Below, piece after piece: positions 10,553 to 20,442 of a stretch of DNA of 64,000 bases. Numbering within the stretch: position 1 is the stretch's first letter; each line of letters opens with the position of its first letter. The DNA is taken from positions 14,963 through 78,962 of IMG/VR virus record IMGVR_UViG_3300023178_000030, one strand, 5' to 3'. The DNA is from a virus. The notes beneath the pieces were generated by a model, which ran no database searches, had not been told where the DNA came from, and worked only from the letters and a program-made list of their open reading frames with translations. The translations under genes and the position numbers were made by a program.

Positions 10553-11166
10553 TGGGAAGAGCGATAGACTTATTTGTAACTTACAGATTTATAAAGTTGT
10601 TAGTTACGCCTTTTGAAAAGACACCTGCATATAAGATGGGTATCATTGATAAAGAAGGTTACAGAACAGATAAGATACTTTATAAACAAGTAGAACAAGA
10701 TGCTTATACTGTTCTACATAAACTTGTATTTAACATAAAAAGAATATTTGCAAAAGTTCCAGGCTTGAGAACAAAAGTAGGAACATATGCAGCTGCGTTG
10801 TTTTTATTGAAAGATACTTTCAAAGAACACATGGATGACCCAAGAGTATTTGAAAAAGAATTTTTAAAATACTTAAAAGAAAAAAATATAGAATTAGATA
10901 ATTCTATCGTAGAAGAAGTTACTCTAGACAATGGTAAATTACCAAAAGGTTTATATAAACTTGTTAATGATGTTGTAATAACAAGTGAAGATGATAACGA
11001 GATTAGTGCATTAATTGGTGATGAAGTAGAAGCTTACGAAGATACTGCATCATCTGACACAATTATGGGAATAGATGTATTTCCAGTTATACACAGTAAC
11101 ACTAGACAAAAAATATATGTCAGTTCAGAAGATTTAGAAGAATTAGGAATAGGGGATATAAAATGA
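10552..11166 (+). CDS. Conserved hypothetical protein
   Basis: YRFIKLLVTPF...AYKMGIID...YAAALFLLK. Confidence 0.75.
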   Translation: MGRAIDLFVTYRFIKLLVTPFEKTPAYKMGIIDKEGYRTDKILYKQVEQDAYTVLHKLVFNIKRIFAKVPGLRTKVGTYAAALFLLKDTFKEHMDDPRVFEKEFLKYLKEKNIELDNSIVEEVTLDNGKLPKGLYKLVNDVVITSEDDNEISALIGDEVEAYEDTASSDTIMGIDVFPVIHSNTRQKIYVSSEDLEELGIGDIK

Positions 11167-12335
11167 CAACATTCAAAGACATCATGCAAAAATATTATGA
11201 TGACGAAAAACTAGGAATCAAAAAAGAAGATGCACCAGTAAATGCAACAGGTGTTGCAGTTGCAGGAACAGGTGATGATAGTTCAACAGTCGTTGTAAAA
11301 AAGAAAAAGAAAAATCCATATGATGGTAGAACAAGAGAAGCAAAAGCGTTCTTAAAAAGAATGACTGAACGACAATCAAAACTTAAAGAAGCAGTTGAGT
11401 TAGATGAGTTTAATAAAATGACTGTTACTGTGAATGACCCTAATCAAAGAAAAAAAGTATTTGATGATTTAAAGAAACAAAAAAGATTAGATGTTTCTAT
11501 GGGGCCTGGTAAGACTATCAAAGTAGATGGTAAAGGTAAAGCACTAAATCTTTTTGCAAAAGACATAATGAATTTTTATGATGCAGAAATCAGAGCAGAA
11601 GAAATAGAAGAAGATGCAAAGATGGCTAAACAGTCTGATGACAATCTAAAGTCACTAATGAAAAAGTTTCGTGACATGGAAAAGAAAGACCCAAAGATGC
11701 CTTCTACACAGTTTATGATTAAAAGAATTGGTAAAGAAATGAAAAAACGAGGACTGAAAGAACAAGACATGAGTAATATGTGTTGTAAACAATGTGGTGA
11801 TATGTTTGGTAAACCAACTGCTGAAAGTTCTTGTCAATATGACGCATACGATCCAAGTGGTAAAAATTGGGTTGCAAAGAATGAGTATTATGAAAGTGTA
11901 GAATATTTCAATGAAGCAAAGAAAGAGTTTCATTTATTTGATAACGAAAAAGAAGCACAAGCTTTTGCAAAGAAGTCTGGTGGTAAACTTGTCAAAGGTG
12001 TCAACAAATCTAAAGGTAAATTTGCAGTCGTTATCGAAGAAGTAAAACCAAGTTTCATTGATAATATCAAAGAAAAAATGTCAACATACTCAAGTGACTT
12101 AATGTTAAATGAAAGTAACTTGAAGATTGTTCAAGATATTGTTAAAAGAAAAAGTGCAAAGAATATTAAGTTTAAAGATGGTTCTCTGAAAGTTGATATG
12201 TTTACTGCATCTGCACTTTCACAAATTTATGATAAAGTAAATACAGACAATAAAAAGAAAATGGAAAAGATGATGAATGGTACAAAAGATCAGTTCATGA
12301 AACTTGCCAAATTTGCATTGTCTAAAGTAGGATAA
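11163..12335 (+). CDS. Modular K/E-rich hypothetical protein
   Basis: MTTFKDIM N-terminus; EDAPVNATG, DGRTREAK and KVDMFTASA modules. Confidence 0.7.
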   Translation: MTTFKDIMQKYYDDEKLGIKKEDAPVNATGVAVAGTGDDSSTVVVKKKKKNPYDGRTREAKAFLKRMTERQSKLKEAVELDEFNKMTVTVNDPNQRKKVFDDLKKQKRLDVSMGPGKTIKVDGKGKALNLFAKDIMNFYDAEIRAEEIEEDAKMAKQSDDNLKSLMKKFRDMEKKDPKMPSTQFMIKRIGKEMKKRGLKEQDMSNMCCKQCGDMFGKPTAESSCQYDAYDPSGKNWVAKNEYYESVEYFNEAKKEFHLFDNEKEAQAFAKKSGGKLVKGVNKSKGKFAVVIEEVKPSFIDNIKEKMSTYSSDLMLNESNLKIVQDIVKRKSAKNIKFKDGSLKVDMFTASALSQIYDKVNTDNKKKMEKMMNGTKDQFMKLAKFALSKVG

Positions 12336-12345
12336 GGAATAGATT

Positions 12346-12666
12346 ATGACAAATGAAAAACTAGAAGTGCTAAAATTAGAGGCTATGTCATCTTTAAGAC
12401 CAAATGGAGAATGGTCGTATTCTCCTGGCACAGGTTTTGTGTGGGGAGATGGTAATACTGAAACACAACCCACAGATGCAGAATTAGTTGCTGAAATATC
12501 TAACATTGAATATAGGATTCATAGACAAAGTAGATATCCTAAACCAGAGGAACAATTAGATATGTTATGGCACGCTATTGATTCTGGTACATTGGATAAA
12601 ACTTGTGACTTTTATACAACTTTAAAAGCAATAAAAGATAATTATCCAAAAGGATATACAGAATAA
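12346..12666 (+). CDS. Hypothetical protein, tail-fibre-associated type
   Basis: YP...EQLDMLWH...IKDNYPK pattern. Confidence 0.55.
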   Translation: MTNEKLEVLKLEAMSSLRPNGEWSYSPGTGFVWGDGNTETQPTDAELVAEISNIEYRIHRQSRYPKPEEQLDMLWHAIDSGTLDKTCDFYTTLKAIKDNYPKGYTE

Positions 12667-12887
12667 TGGCATATGTAACAGTACCAGGCTCAAATAATAT
12701 ATGGGAATATGATAATGCGGCTGTTAGAGCAGACACATATTCAGATTCACCAGGCACTATTACTGGTGGAGTAAGAAGTTATACCTCACCTAGAGGAGTA
12801 ACAACACAAACTTATATTAAAGCGAGAAAAGTAGGTGAAACTATTGTTCGTGGTGAAATTAGTAAAACTTATTACGATAATCAATAA
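12666..12887 (+). CDS. Hypothetical protein
   Basis: 73-aa ORF translationally coupled to upstream gene. Confidence 0.65.
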   Translation: MAYVTVPGSNNIWEYDNAAVRADTYSDSPGTITGGVRSYTSPRGVTTQTYIKARKVGETIVRGEISKTYYDNQ

Positions 12888-12889
12888 CT

Positions 12890-13228
12890 ATGGCATCTTA
12901 TGTTATAAGAAATACAACTAGTGAATATGCTTTCAAAGTAATTAATCAAGCATCTTTCACAATAACACTTGCAGATACAGCATTGAACGCTGTAACTCCA
13001 ACTGGTTTATATATTAGTAGATATTATATAACTATGAATTCAGGTAATGATTATGTAGAAATTGGTAGAAATGGTACAGCAGTTTTGGAACTTCATGGAA
13101 ATGAAGTTGTTAATTTAGCTGCAATTAAGTTTCCTCTTTATGAAGAATCAGGTTCAAGTGTAGTTGTTACACCATCTAATTCAGGACATAAATACACACT
13201 AATCATGGCATTAGGAAAAATAATTTAA
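12890..13228 (+). CDS. Hypothetical beta-rich protein
   Basis: 112-aa ORF within operon. Confidence 0.65.
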   Translation: MASYVIRNTTSEYAFKVINQASFTITLADTALNAVTPTGLYISRYYITMNSGNDYVEIGRNGTAVLELHGNEVVNLAAIKFPLYEESGSSVVVTPSNSGHKYTLIMALGKII

Positions 13229-13380
13229 TGAAAACATTTAAAGAATTAAAAAAAGAAATATTAAAACAACAATCTTATAGTTATGCACTAGATACCTCTA
13301 AACCTATCGGAGATATTGTCGATAGAGATAGAGATGAGATAAAATCTAGTGTCAAAAAGACTAAACGAAAGGCGAAATAA
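13228..13380 (+). CDS. Small protein (50 aa) with CTS-like N-terminus, not in ORF track
   Basis: MKTFKELKKEILKQQSYSY...; TAATG overlap. Confidence 0.6.
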   Translation: MKTFKELKKEILKQQSYSYALDTSKPIGDIVDRDRDEIKSSVKKTKRKAK

Positions 13381-13382
13381 TT

Positions 13383-13850
13383 ATGTTATCAATATTAGGT
13401 TCATTATTAGGTTTCGCAAGTTCGAGTGTTCCAGCTGTCACAGATTTGTTCGCAAAGAAAGGTGACAGGAAACATGAACTTGAGAAAATGAAACTTGCTG
13501 CTGAATTAAAAGCACAAGGTATGGATGTTGACATGAAACAATACGAAGTCATGGGTGCAGATAAAGAACATGAGAGATTAATTGCTCATGATACTGCAAT
13601 CATGCAATCAACAGGTTGGACTTCAGCACTTCAAAAGTCTGTAAGACCAATTATCACATATGCCTTTTTTGGTTTGTTCTCTGTAATTGAAGTAACTCTA
13701 TTAATGAGTGCATTAGAAAATGGAACAGATTTCAGAGAAGCGATTCAATTATTATGGGATGAAGATACTAAAGCGATATTTGCAGCTATTATATCATTTT
13801 GGTTTGGGTCTCGAGCTGTAGAAAAAGCAAGACAAAATTACAGAAAATAA
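13383..13850 (+). CDS. Putative holin (3TM/GTA-holin-like)
   Basis: Hydrophobic N-terminus, SVRPIITY, IISFWFGSR. Confidence 0.7.
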   Translation: MLSILGSLLGFASSSVPAVTDLFAKKGDRKHELEKMKLAAELKAQGMDVDMKQYEVMGADKEHERLIAHDTAIMQSTGWTSALQKSVRPIITYAFFGLFSVIEVTLLMSALENGTDFREAIQLLWDEDTKAIFAAIISFWFGSRAVEKARQNYRK

Positions 13851-13894
13851 CAAACTGTGCATGATTCTTGCATCTTTCAATCAATGGTAATACT

Positions 13895-14335
13895 ATGGTA
13901 GATAAAAGTATAGAAACAGAAGTAGCGTTAATAAAAAAAGACATACATGATTTAAAATCAATTCATGTTCGTTTAGATAATGCTATTGAAAAAATTGCAG
14001 ATGTTTCTAGTCAGTTACACACTATCATGGCTGTCCATGAAGAAAAACTAGTAAAACAGGAAGAAGCATTGGAAGAACAAGAAAAAGAATTTAAAGCAAC
14101 AGTTCAAGAGTTACACACTAGAATTACGAGCAATGCAAAAGAAACATCTGATAAAATGAGTTCTATGGAAAGAAGAATATTAGATATGTTGCATGAACAT
14201 AATACTAGAGAATCTGAACAGTTTGTAAAGTTAAGAGAAGAATTACAGAACAGAGTAGGAATATTAGAAAAGTGGCGTCATCTAATTATTGGTGGTGCGA
14301 TTGTAGTAGGTTTTTTATTACAGAAATTCTTATAA
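13895..14335 (+). CDS. Coiled-coil protein with C-terminal membrane anchor
   Basis: AVHEEKL...LEKWRHLIIGGAIVVGF; position just before primase. Confidence 0.7.
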   Translation: MVDKSIETEVALIKKDIHDLKSIHVRLDNAIEKIADVSSQLHTIMAVHEEKLVKQEEALEEQEKEFKATVQELHTRITSNAKETSDKMSSMERRILDMLHEHNTRESEQFVKLREELQNRVGILEKWRHLIIGGAIVVGFLLQKFL

Positions 14336-14338
14336 AGT

Positions 14339-14367
14339 TTGACAAAGATACACATTTAATGTATAAT
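14339..14367 (+). promoter_or_regulatory. sigma70 promoter of primase gene
   Basis: TTGACA-17-TATAAT. Confidence 0.8.
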
Positions 14368-14374
14368 TGTGTTT

Positions 14375-15394
14375 ATGAATTTTGTAGACATAAAATACAT
14401 TTCTTTACTTTCCCCTAGACTAGAAAAATTTCAGAAGAAAGATAACTTTCTCTGGAACTTTAGGTGTCCTTATTGTGGTGATTCAAAGAAAAATAGAAAT
14501 AAAGCTAGAGGTTTTGTTTATAGAACAAAAGCAGATTTGTTTTATAAATGTCATAACTGTTCTGTAGGTGCATCATTCTCTAATCTATTAAAGTATGTAG
14601 ATACAAACTTACATAAAGAGTACATATTAGAGAAATATAAAGAGGGCCAGACATCAAAAGGTAGAGGTAGTAAGAGTAATGTTACAGTACCTAATCCTAA
14701 ATTTGATTTCAAACCACCTGTTTTCAAAACAAGACTAGGTAATCTAAAAACATTTGCAGAATTAGACAAGAAACACCCAGCTGTACAATATTTGTTTAAG
14801 AGAAAACTTCCTAGAGATTCTTGGAATGATATATATTACTGTTCTAAATTTTTTGAGTTTTCCAACACGATAGTTGAGAACAAATTCCCTACTTTGAAAG
14901 GTGACCACCCAAGAATACTGATACCATTCAGAAATAAGAATGGTCAGATATTTGGTTATCAAGGTAGGTGTTTTGGGAAAGAAACTCAAAAATATATTAC
15001 GATTATTTTCAATAATTCGTATCAAAAACTGTTTGGTGTCGATAGATTAAATACTAGTAAAACAATTTACATAGTAGAAGGCCCCTTTGACAGTCTATTC
15101 ATAGATAACTGTATCGCAGTTGCACAAAGCGATTTACAAGTTACTAAATACAAAAACAAGTCTGTGTTAATTCCAGACAACGAACCTAGAAATAGAGAAA
15201 TCTGTAAACAGATTGAAAAATATATTTCTAATAAGTATAGTGTCGTTATATGGCCTAGAGATGTAAAAGAAAAAGATATAAATGATATGATTCTTTCAGG
15301 TATGACAAAAGAAGAATTACAACTTATAATACAACAAAATACATATTCTGGTTTAACTGCACTTACAGAATTCAATAAGTGGAAAAAAGTTTAG
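14375..15394 (+). CDS. gp61: DNA primase (T4 gp61-like)
   Basis: NFRCPYCGDS zinc ribbon, YKCHNC, VEGPFDS, DNEPRN, KDINDM. Confidence 0.96.
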   Translation: MNFVDIKYISLLSPRLEKFQKKDNFLWNFRCPYCGDSKKNRNKARGFVYRTKADLFYKCHNCSVGASFSNLLKYVDTNLHKEYILEKYKEGQTSKGRGSKSNVTVPNPKFDFKPPVFKTRLGNLKTFAELDKKHPAVQYLFKRKLPRDSWNDIYYCSKFFEFSNTIVENKFPTLKGDHPRILIPFRNKNGQIFGYQGRCFGKETQKYITIIFNNSYQKLFGVDRLNTSKTIYIVEGPFDSLFIDNCIAVAQSDLQVTKYKNKSVLIPDNEPRNREICKQIEKYISNKYSVVIWPRDVKEKDINDMILSGMTKEELQLIIQQNTYSGLTALTEFNKWKKV

Positions 15395-15403
15395 GAGAGA
15401 AGA

Positions 15404-17215
15404 ATGAGTGGTTTGGCACCTGTAATTAAATTACCAACTGAAGATAAAAATAACTATCTTGGTATAACAATAGATAAAAGCAAAGATAGTATGTTATCAG
15501 AACAAGCATTTAAATTATTAAAAGATTACTATTGTGTTGACGGTGAAACATCTCCACAAGAATCATTTGCAAGAGCTGCTGTTGCATATTCATATAAAGA
15601 CATGGCACTTGCACAAAGAATTTATGATGCAGCTGCAAATGGTTGGTTTATGTTTGCATCACCAGTTTTATCAAATGCACCATTACCAAATCACAAAACA
15701 AAAGCATTACCTATTTCTTGTTTTTTAACTTATGTACCAGATTCATTAGAAGGTTTGATTGACCATAGTGCAGAGTTAAGATGGTTATCAGTAAAAGGTG
15801 GTGGTGTTGGTGGTCATTGGTCTGATGTCCGTGCAATATCTGACAAAGCACCAGGCCCTATGCCTTTTCTACATACAGTAGATGCAGATATGACTGCATA
15901 TCGTCAAGGTAAAACTCGTAAAGGTTCATATGCATCTTATATGAATGTATCACACCCTGACATAATTGAATTCTTAAATATGAGAATACCTACTGGTGAT
16001 GTTAATAGAAAGAATTTAAATTTACATCACGCAATTAATATTACAGATGATTTCATGTTAGCAGTTGAAAGAAATGAAACATGGGATTTAAAAGACCCAA
16101 ATGATAATACTGTTAGAGATAGTATGCCTGCAAGAAAACTATGGCAACAAATATTAGAAACAAGATATAGAACAGGTGAACCATACTTAAACTTTATTGA
16201 TACAGCTAATCGTGCAATGCCACAAAGTATGAAAGATAAAGGTTTAAAAATTCATGGTTCAAACTTATGTAATGAAATACATTTACCAACATCAAGTGAT
16301 AGAACAGCAGTTTGTTGTTTATCATCACTTAATTTAGAAAAGTTTGATGAGTGGAAGAATACAACACTTGTAAGAGATTTAATTAGATTTTTAGATAATG
16401 TATTACAATTCTTTATTGATAATGCAGGTGATGAAATTAGTCGTGCAAGATATTCTGCAAAACAAGAAAGAAGTTTAGGTCTTGGTGCAATGGGTTATCA
16501 TGCATTACTACAACAAAAGAGAATACCATTTGAATCTCAAGAAGCAAGAGATTTAAACAATGAAGTATTTGCATACATTAAAGACGAGGCAGTAAAAGAA
16601 AGTAACACTATGGGTTATGAAAGAGGTGAAGCACCAGACATGGATGGTACTGGTAGAAGAAATGCACACTTACTTGCAATAGCTCCTAATGCAAATAGTT
16701 CAATTATTGTTGCAACATCACCATCAATTGAACCTAATAAAGCAAACGCATATACACATAGAACAAGAGCTGGTTCACATTTAGTAAAGAATAGATATCT
16801 TGAAGAAGAATTAGAAAAAGTAAATAAGAACAATTCTGAAGTATGGAGTAGTATTATTACAAATGGTGGTTCAGTTCAACATTTAGATTTTCTATCTGAA
16901 GAAGTTAAAGATGTTTTCAAAACAGCAATTGAGTTAGATCAATTAGAAATTGTAAAACAAGGTGCAGATAGACAAAAGTTTTTATGTCAAGGACAATCAC
17001 TAAATTTATTCTTTCCTGCAAATGCAGATAAAAAAGATTTACATAAAGCACATTTTAATGCGTGGAAAGAAGGTTGTAAAGGTTTATATTATTTGAGAAC
17101 AGAAACATCAAACCGTGCAGAAAATGTTTCGCAGAAAGTTGTAAGAGATGCACTAAAAGATTACGAATCACAGGCACTCGAAACTCAAGACGAGTGTGTA
17201 TCATGTCAAGGATAA
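15404..17215 (+). CDS. nrdA: Ribonucleotide reductase class Ia alpha subunit
   Basis: SNLCNEI, VCCLSSLN, AIAPNANSS, QGQSLN, LYYLR, C-terminal CxxC. Confidence 0.96.
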   Translation: MSGLAPVIKLPTEDKNNYLGITIDKSKDSMLSEQAFKLLKDYYCVDGETSPQESFARAAVAYSYKDMALAQRIYDAAANGWFMFASPVLSNAPLPNHKTKALPISCFLTYVPDSLEGLIDHSAELRWLSVKGGGVGGHWSDVRAISDKAPGPMPFLHTVDADMTAYRQGKTRKGSYASYMNVSHPDIIEFLNMRIPTGDVNRKNLNLHHAINITDDFMLAVERNETWDLKDPNDNTVRDSMPARKLWQQILETRYRTGEPYLNFIDTANRAMPQSMKDKGLKIHGSNLCNEIHLPTSSDRTAVCCLSSLNLEKFDEWKNTTLVRDLIRFLDNVLQFFIDNAGDEISRARYSAKQERSLGLGAMGYHALLQQKRIPFESQEARDLNNEVFAYIKDEAVKESNTMGYERGEAPDMDGTGRRNAHLLAIAPNANSSIIVATSPSIEPNKANAYTHRTRAGSHLVKNRYLEEELEKVNKNNSEVWSSIITNGGSVQHLDFLSEEVKDVFKTAIELDQLEIVKQGADRQKFLCQGQSLNLFFPANADKKDLHKAHFNAWKEGCKGLYYLRTETSNRAENVSQKVVRDALKDYESQALETQDECVSCQG

Positions 17216-17220
17216 AATAT

Positions 17221-17898
17221 ATGACGGCATGGCCGACAATTTGTGTAGATAATTTTTATGACGACCCTGATAAGGTGAGAGAATTTGCTCTTGGTTTAGA
17301 CTACGCACCAGCAGAAGATGGAAGATGGCCTGGAAAAAGATCTAAAGAAATTATAGAAATTGATGAAGAATTTAGTTTAAAATTTGGTCGTAAATTAATG
17401 TCACATTATTTTGATCTGGAGGTAACTGAAGTAAGATGGAAGATTAGTTCACAGTTTCAATTAATAGAACCGTATGACAACGATATTAATTCACCTAAAA
17501 ATATAGGTTGGATACATTATGATAATGCAGTTATAGGAGGCTTAATTTATCTTAACAAAGAACCAAATCCAAACAGCGGAACTTCACTTTATGCTGTTAT
17601 AGAGTCTGCAAAATATAATAATGATCAAATTGCTAAAGAAAAATTTTATTTAGAAGGCAATGATAAAGACTACGAAAAATTGCTAAATAAACATAATGAA
17701 AATTTTATTGAAACTGTAAAATTTTCAAATCAATACAACAGACTGATAAGTTTTGATTCTACTTTGCCGCATGGTGCTAACAATTTTACAATTAGCAACG
17801 AGCCAAGGTTAACACAGGTATTTTTTGTGCATGATATTAAATCTACTAGACCCAAAACATCAGATATTTATAGCAAAATTTATAGCAAAACAGTATAA
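17221..17898 (+). CDS. 2OG-Fe(II) oxygenase-like protein (DUF6445-type)
   Basis: VDNFYDDPD, WPGKR, WIHYD, GLIYL, YNRL...PHG, RLTQVFF. Confidence 0.75.
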   Translation: MTAWPTICVDNFYDDPDKVREFALGLDYAPAEDGRWPGKRSKEIIEIDEEFSLKFGRKLMSHYFDLEVTEVRWKISSQFQLIEPYDNDINSPKNIGWIHYDNAVIGGLIYLNKEPNPNSGTSLYAVIESAKYNNDQIAKEKFYLEGNDKDYEKLLNKHNENFIETVKFSNQYNRLISFDSTLPHGANNFTISNEPRLTQVFFVHDIKSTRPKTSDIYSKIYSKTV

Positions 17899-17908
17899 AG
17901 GATAAAAT

Positions 17909-19153
17909 ATGAAAATAAGAATAGTATCAAAAACAGGTTGCCCATTTTGTGTAAAAGCTAAAGAATGGTTTGATGAACATGGTTTCATCTATACAGAAGA
18001 TTTAATGGATAATGAAAATGAAAGACTTGCATTTTATCAGTCTATGAATAACATACAAGAAACTGTAGGTGAAAGTGTAGAAATTCGTAGAATTAATTCA
18101 GTTCCACAAATCTTTATTGATGATAATCATGTTGGTGGGTATGATGATTTGATGAAAATTTCTGATGACTTATTAAAGAAAAGAAGTGGTGGTTTATTAA
18201 AGTTTAGTAAAACATATAAACCATTTCATTATCCTTGGGCTGTTGAATTAACAACAAGACATGAAAAAGCACATTGGATTGAAGATGAATTAGATTTAGG
18301 TGAAGATGTTGCAGATTGGAAGTCTGGTAAAATGAATGATATTGAAAAAGAATATGTAACAAACATATTAAGATTATTCACACAATCAGATGTTGCAGTT
18401 GGTCAAAACTATTATGACCAGTTCATTCCTAAATTTAAAAATAATGAAGTTCGTAATATGTTAGGTTCATTTGCATCAAGAGAAGGTGTTCATCAGAGAG
18501 CATATGCACTACTTAATGAAACACTTGGATTATCAGACGAAGAATATCATGCGTTTTTAGAATATAAAGAAATGACTGATAAACTTGAGTTTATGGTTGA
18601 TTCAGATATATCTTCAGTAAAAGGTCTTGCATTATCACTTGCAAAATCTGTATTCAATGAAGGTGTAGCTTTATTTGCATCATTTGTAATGTTACTAAAC
18701 TTTCAAAGACATGGTAAAATGAAAGGTATGGGTAAAGTTGTAGAATGGTCAATCAGAGATGAATCAATGCATGTTGAAGGTAATTCTAAATTGTTCAGAA
18801 GTTATTGTGCAGAACATCCAAAGATTGTAAATGATGACATGAAACTACAAATTTATGAGATGGCTCGTGTTGCTGTAAAACTAGAAGATAAGTTTGTTGA
18901 CTTAGCGTATAAGTTAGGGGATATACAAGGTTTAAATTCTTCAGATGTTAAAAAATATATCAGATATATAACAGATAGAAGGTTATTACAACTTGGTCTA
19001 AAAACTAATTTTAAAGTCAAAGAGAATCCATTACCGTGGTTAGAGTGGGTTTTAAATGGTGCAGACCATACAAACTTTTTTGAAAATCGTGTAACAGAAT
19101 ATGAAGTTGCAGGACTTAAAGGAGATTGGGAAGAAGCGTATGAGGCAGCTTAA
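17909..19153 (+). CDS. nrdB: Glutaredoxin-NrdB fusion (RNR beta subunit)
   Basis: N-terminal CPFC...VPQIF...GGYDD glutaredoxin domain; then EGVH and RDESMH di-iron motifs. Confidence 0.95.
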   Translation: MKIRIVSKTGCPFCVKAKEWFDEHGFIYTEDLMDNENERLAFYQSMNNIQETVGESVEIRRINSVPQIFIDDNHVGGYDDLMKISDDLLKKRSGGLLKFSKTYKPFHYPWAVELTTRHEKAHWIEDELDLGEDVADWKSGKMNDIEKEYVTNILRLFTQSDVAVGQNYYDQFIPKFKNNEVRNMLGSFASREGVHQRAYALLNETLGLSDEEYHAFLEYKEMTDKLEFMVDSDISSVKGLALSLAKSVFNEGVALFASFVMLLNFQRHGKMKGMGKVVEWSIRDESMHVEGNSKLFRSYCAEHPKIVNDDMKLQIYEMARVAVKLEDKFVDLAYKLGDIQGLNSSDVKKYIRYITDRRLLQLGLKTNFKVKENPLPWLEWVLNGADHTNFFENRVTEYEVAGLKGDWEEAYEAA

Positions 19154-19302
19154 TGAAAATAGTAGTATGCGAAGAATGTTCTGCTGAATATCAAGTAAAA
19201 CATGATTTAGAAGAAACACTATATATTATAAAATATTGTACATTCTGTGGTAATCCCATAGACTTACAAGATGATAATGCTATAGAAGAATGGGAAGATT
19301 GA
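19153..19302 (+). CDS. Small zinc-ribbon protein (49 aa), not in ORF track
   Basis: CEEC...YCTFCG; TAATG overlap with nrdB stop. Confidence 0.7.
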   Translation: MKIVVCEECSAEYQVKHDLEETLYIIKYCTFCGNPIDLQDDNAIEEWED

Positions 19303-19303
19303 T

Positions 19304-19657
19304 TTGAAAACGCAAAGTGCAAAATCAAAAGGTCGTAGACTACAACAATGGATTCGAGATAAATTAGTAGAACAATTAGGTGTTCACCCTGAAGATGTAG
19401 AAAGTCGTTCAATGGGTGCATCTGGTGAAGATTTAATCATGGCTCGTGCGGCTAGAGAAAAGTTCCCATATTCTATTGAATGTAAAAATGTAGAAAAGCT
19501 TAATGTATGGGAAGCATACAATCAAGCAATAGACAATAGTAACAATTATGAACCAATAGTTGTTATGAAAAAGAATGGTAAGAAACCATTAATCGTAGTT
19601 GATGCAGAATATTTTGTAAAACTACATCAAAAAGACACTTATTCAAATAAAGAATAA
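19304..19657 (+). CDS. PD-(D/E)xK endonuclease, Holliday-junction-resolvase-like
   Basis: KSKGRRLQ...GED...IECKN. Confidence 0.75.
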   Translation: MKTQSAKSKGRRLQQWIRDKLVEQLGVHPEDVESRSMGASGEDLIMARAAREKFPYSIECKNVEKLNVWEAYNQAIDNSNNYEPIVVMKKNGKKPLIVVDAEYFVKLHQKDTYSNKE

Positions 19658-19731
19658 ATACTAGTATTATTCACATATAAATTCTTTTTCTAAATATAAG
19701 TATAAATCAACTTATTCAGAAAGGAGAATCA

Positions 19732-19806
19732 ATGTCACAACTTATTCAATTTACAATATCACCCTTAACAATCGCATTTCTAATTTTTGTAATCACAATT
19801 CTTTAA
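19732..19806 (+). CDS. 24-aa hydrophobic peptide
   Basis: RBS AAGGAG; MSQLIQFTISPLTIAFLIFVITIL. Confidence 0.5.
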   Translation: MSQLIQFTISPLTIAFLIFVITIL

Positions 19807-19817
19807 GGGGACACTCA

Positions 19818-19916
19818 ATGTTAAAAACACTCAAAAAAATCTATATGTTCCTACTAATCAGTAGAAAAAATCAAATCGAATCAAGAATCAAGCTATATGG
19901 GGGTAGAATCATATGA
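19818..19916 (+). CDS. 32-aa basic peptide
   Basis: RBS AAGGGG; ATGA coupling to next ORF. Confidence 0.5.
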   Translation: MLKTLKKIYMFLLISRKNQIESRIKLYGGRII

Positions 19917-20086
19917 TACCTTTTAAAATCTCAACAAAAGGTATATACCCAATCGTATATGACTTGTACAAAAGATGGACAAGAACACCAACAGAAAACT
20001 ATGTTGAAGATTACCTTGCAAAGTCAGTAGATAGAAAAGACTATGCTTGTAGAGTAAAATATCTCAAAAGTAAAAGTTTATTTTAA
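19913..20086 (+). CDS. 57-aa DUF3563-like protein
   Basis: EDYLAKSVDRKDYACR motif; coupled start. Confidence 0.55.
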   Translation: MIPFKISTKGIYPIVYDLYKRWTRTPTENYVEDYLAKSVDRKDYACRVKYLKSKSLF

Positions 20087-20111
20087 TATAAGTAGTTGAT
20101 GTAGCACAAAC

Positions 20112-20141
20112 TTGACAAAACATATATCATTGTTGTATAAT
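20112..20141 (+). promoter_or_regulatory. sigma70 promoter
   Basis: TTGACA-18-TATAAT. Confidence 0.75.
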
Positions 20142-20169
20142 GATGTCATTACTGTAAAGAGAGTTTACT

Positions 20170-20397
20170 ATGTCAACATTACAAACTGTGACACCTGAAG
20201 GTCAGAAATTTCTTGACGAATGTTATAGATTTTTAGGCCCAGAGGGTAAATTCAACATTAATGCAACTAAAGAAGAAATCTTTGATGCAACAAACCAACG
20301 AATGAAAGATGTTACATATGTTCCATTCATTGGTGATGCAGTCGATAGATTTATCGTCAGAGATATTATAAGTAAATCAAGAAGAATCAAAACTTGA
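20170..20397 (+). CDS. Hypothetical protein (paralog family A)
   Basis: F..CY.F.G..G...GDAVDR..VRDI motif shared with the 40827 and 60389 ORFs. Confidence 0.7.
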   Translation: MSTLQTVTPEGQKFLDECYRFLGPEGKFNINATKEEIFDATNQRMKDVTYVPFIGDAVDRFIVRDIISKSRRIKT

Positions 20398-20422
20398 CAT
20401 ATTTAATATGTTTTGTTATACT
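20394..20422 (+). promoter_or_regulatory. sigma70 promoter
   Basis: TTGACA-17-TATACT. Confidence 0.7.
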
Positions 20423-20442
20423 TTAATTTTTGAAAGAGGAAT

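Noticed and set aside
20089-20101. TAAGTAGTTGATG as a seventh IHF-class promoter element
   Set aside because: Mismatch at the last consensus position and only 23 bp from the -35 box instead of 41
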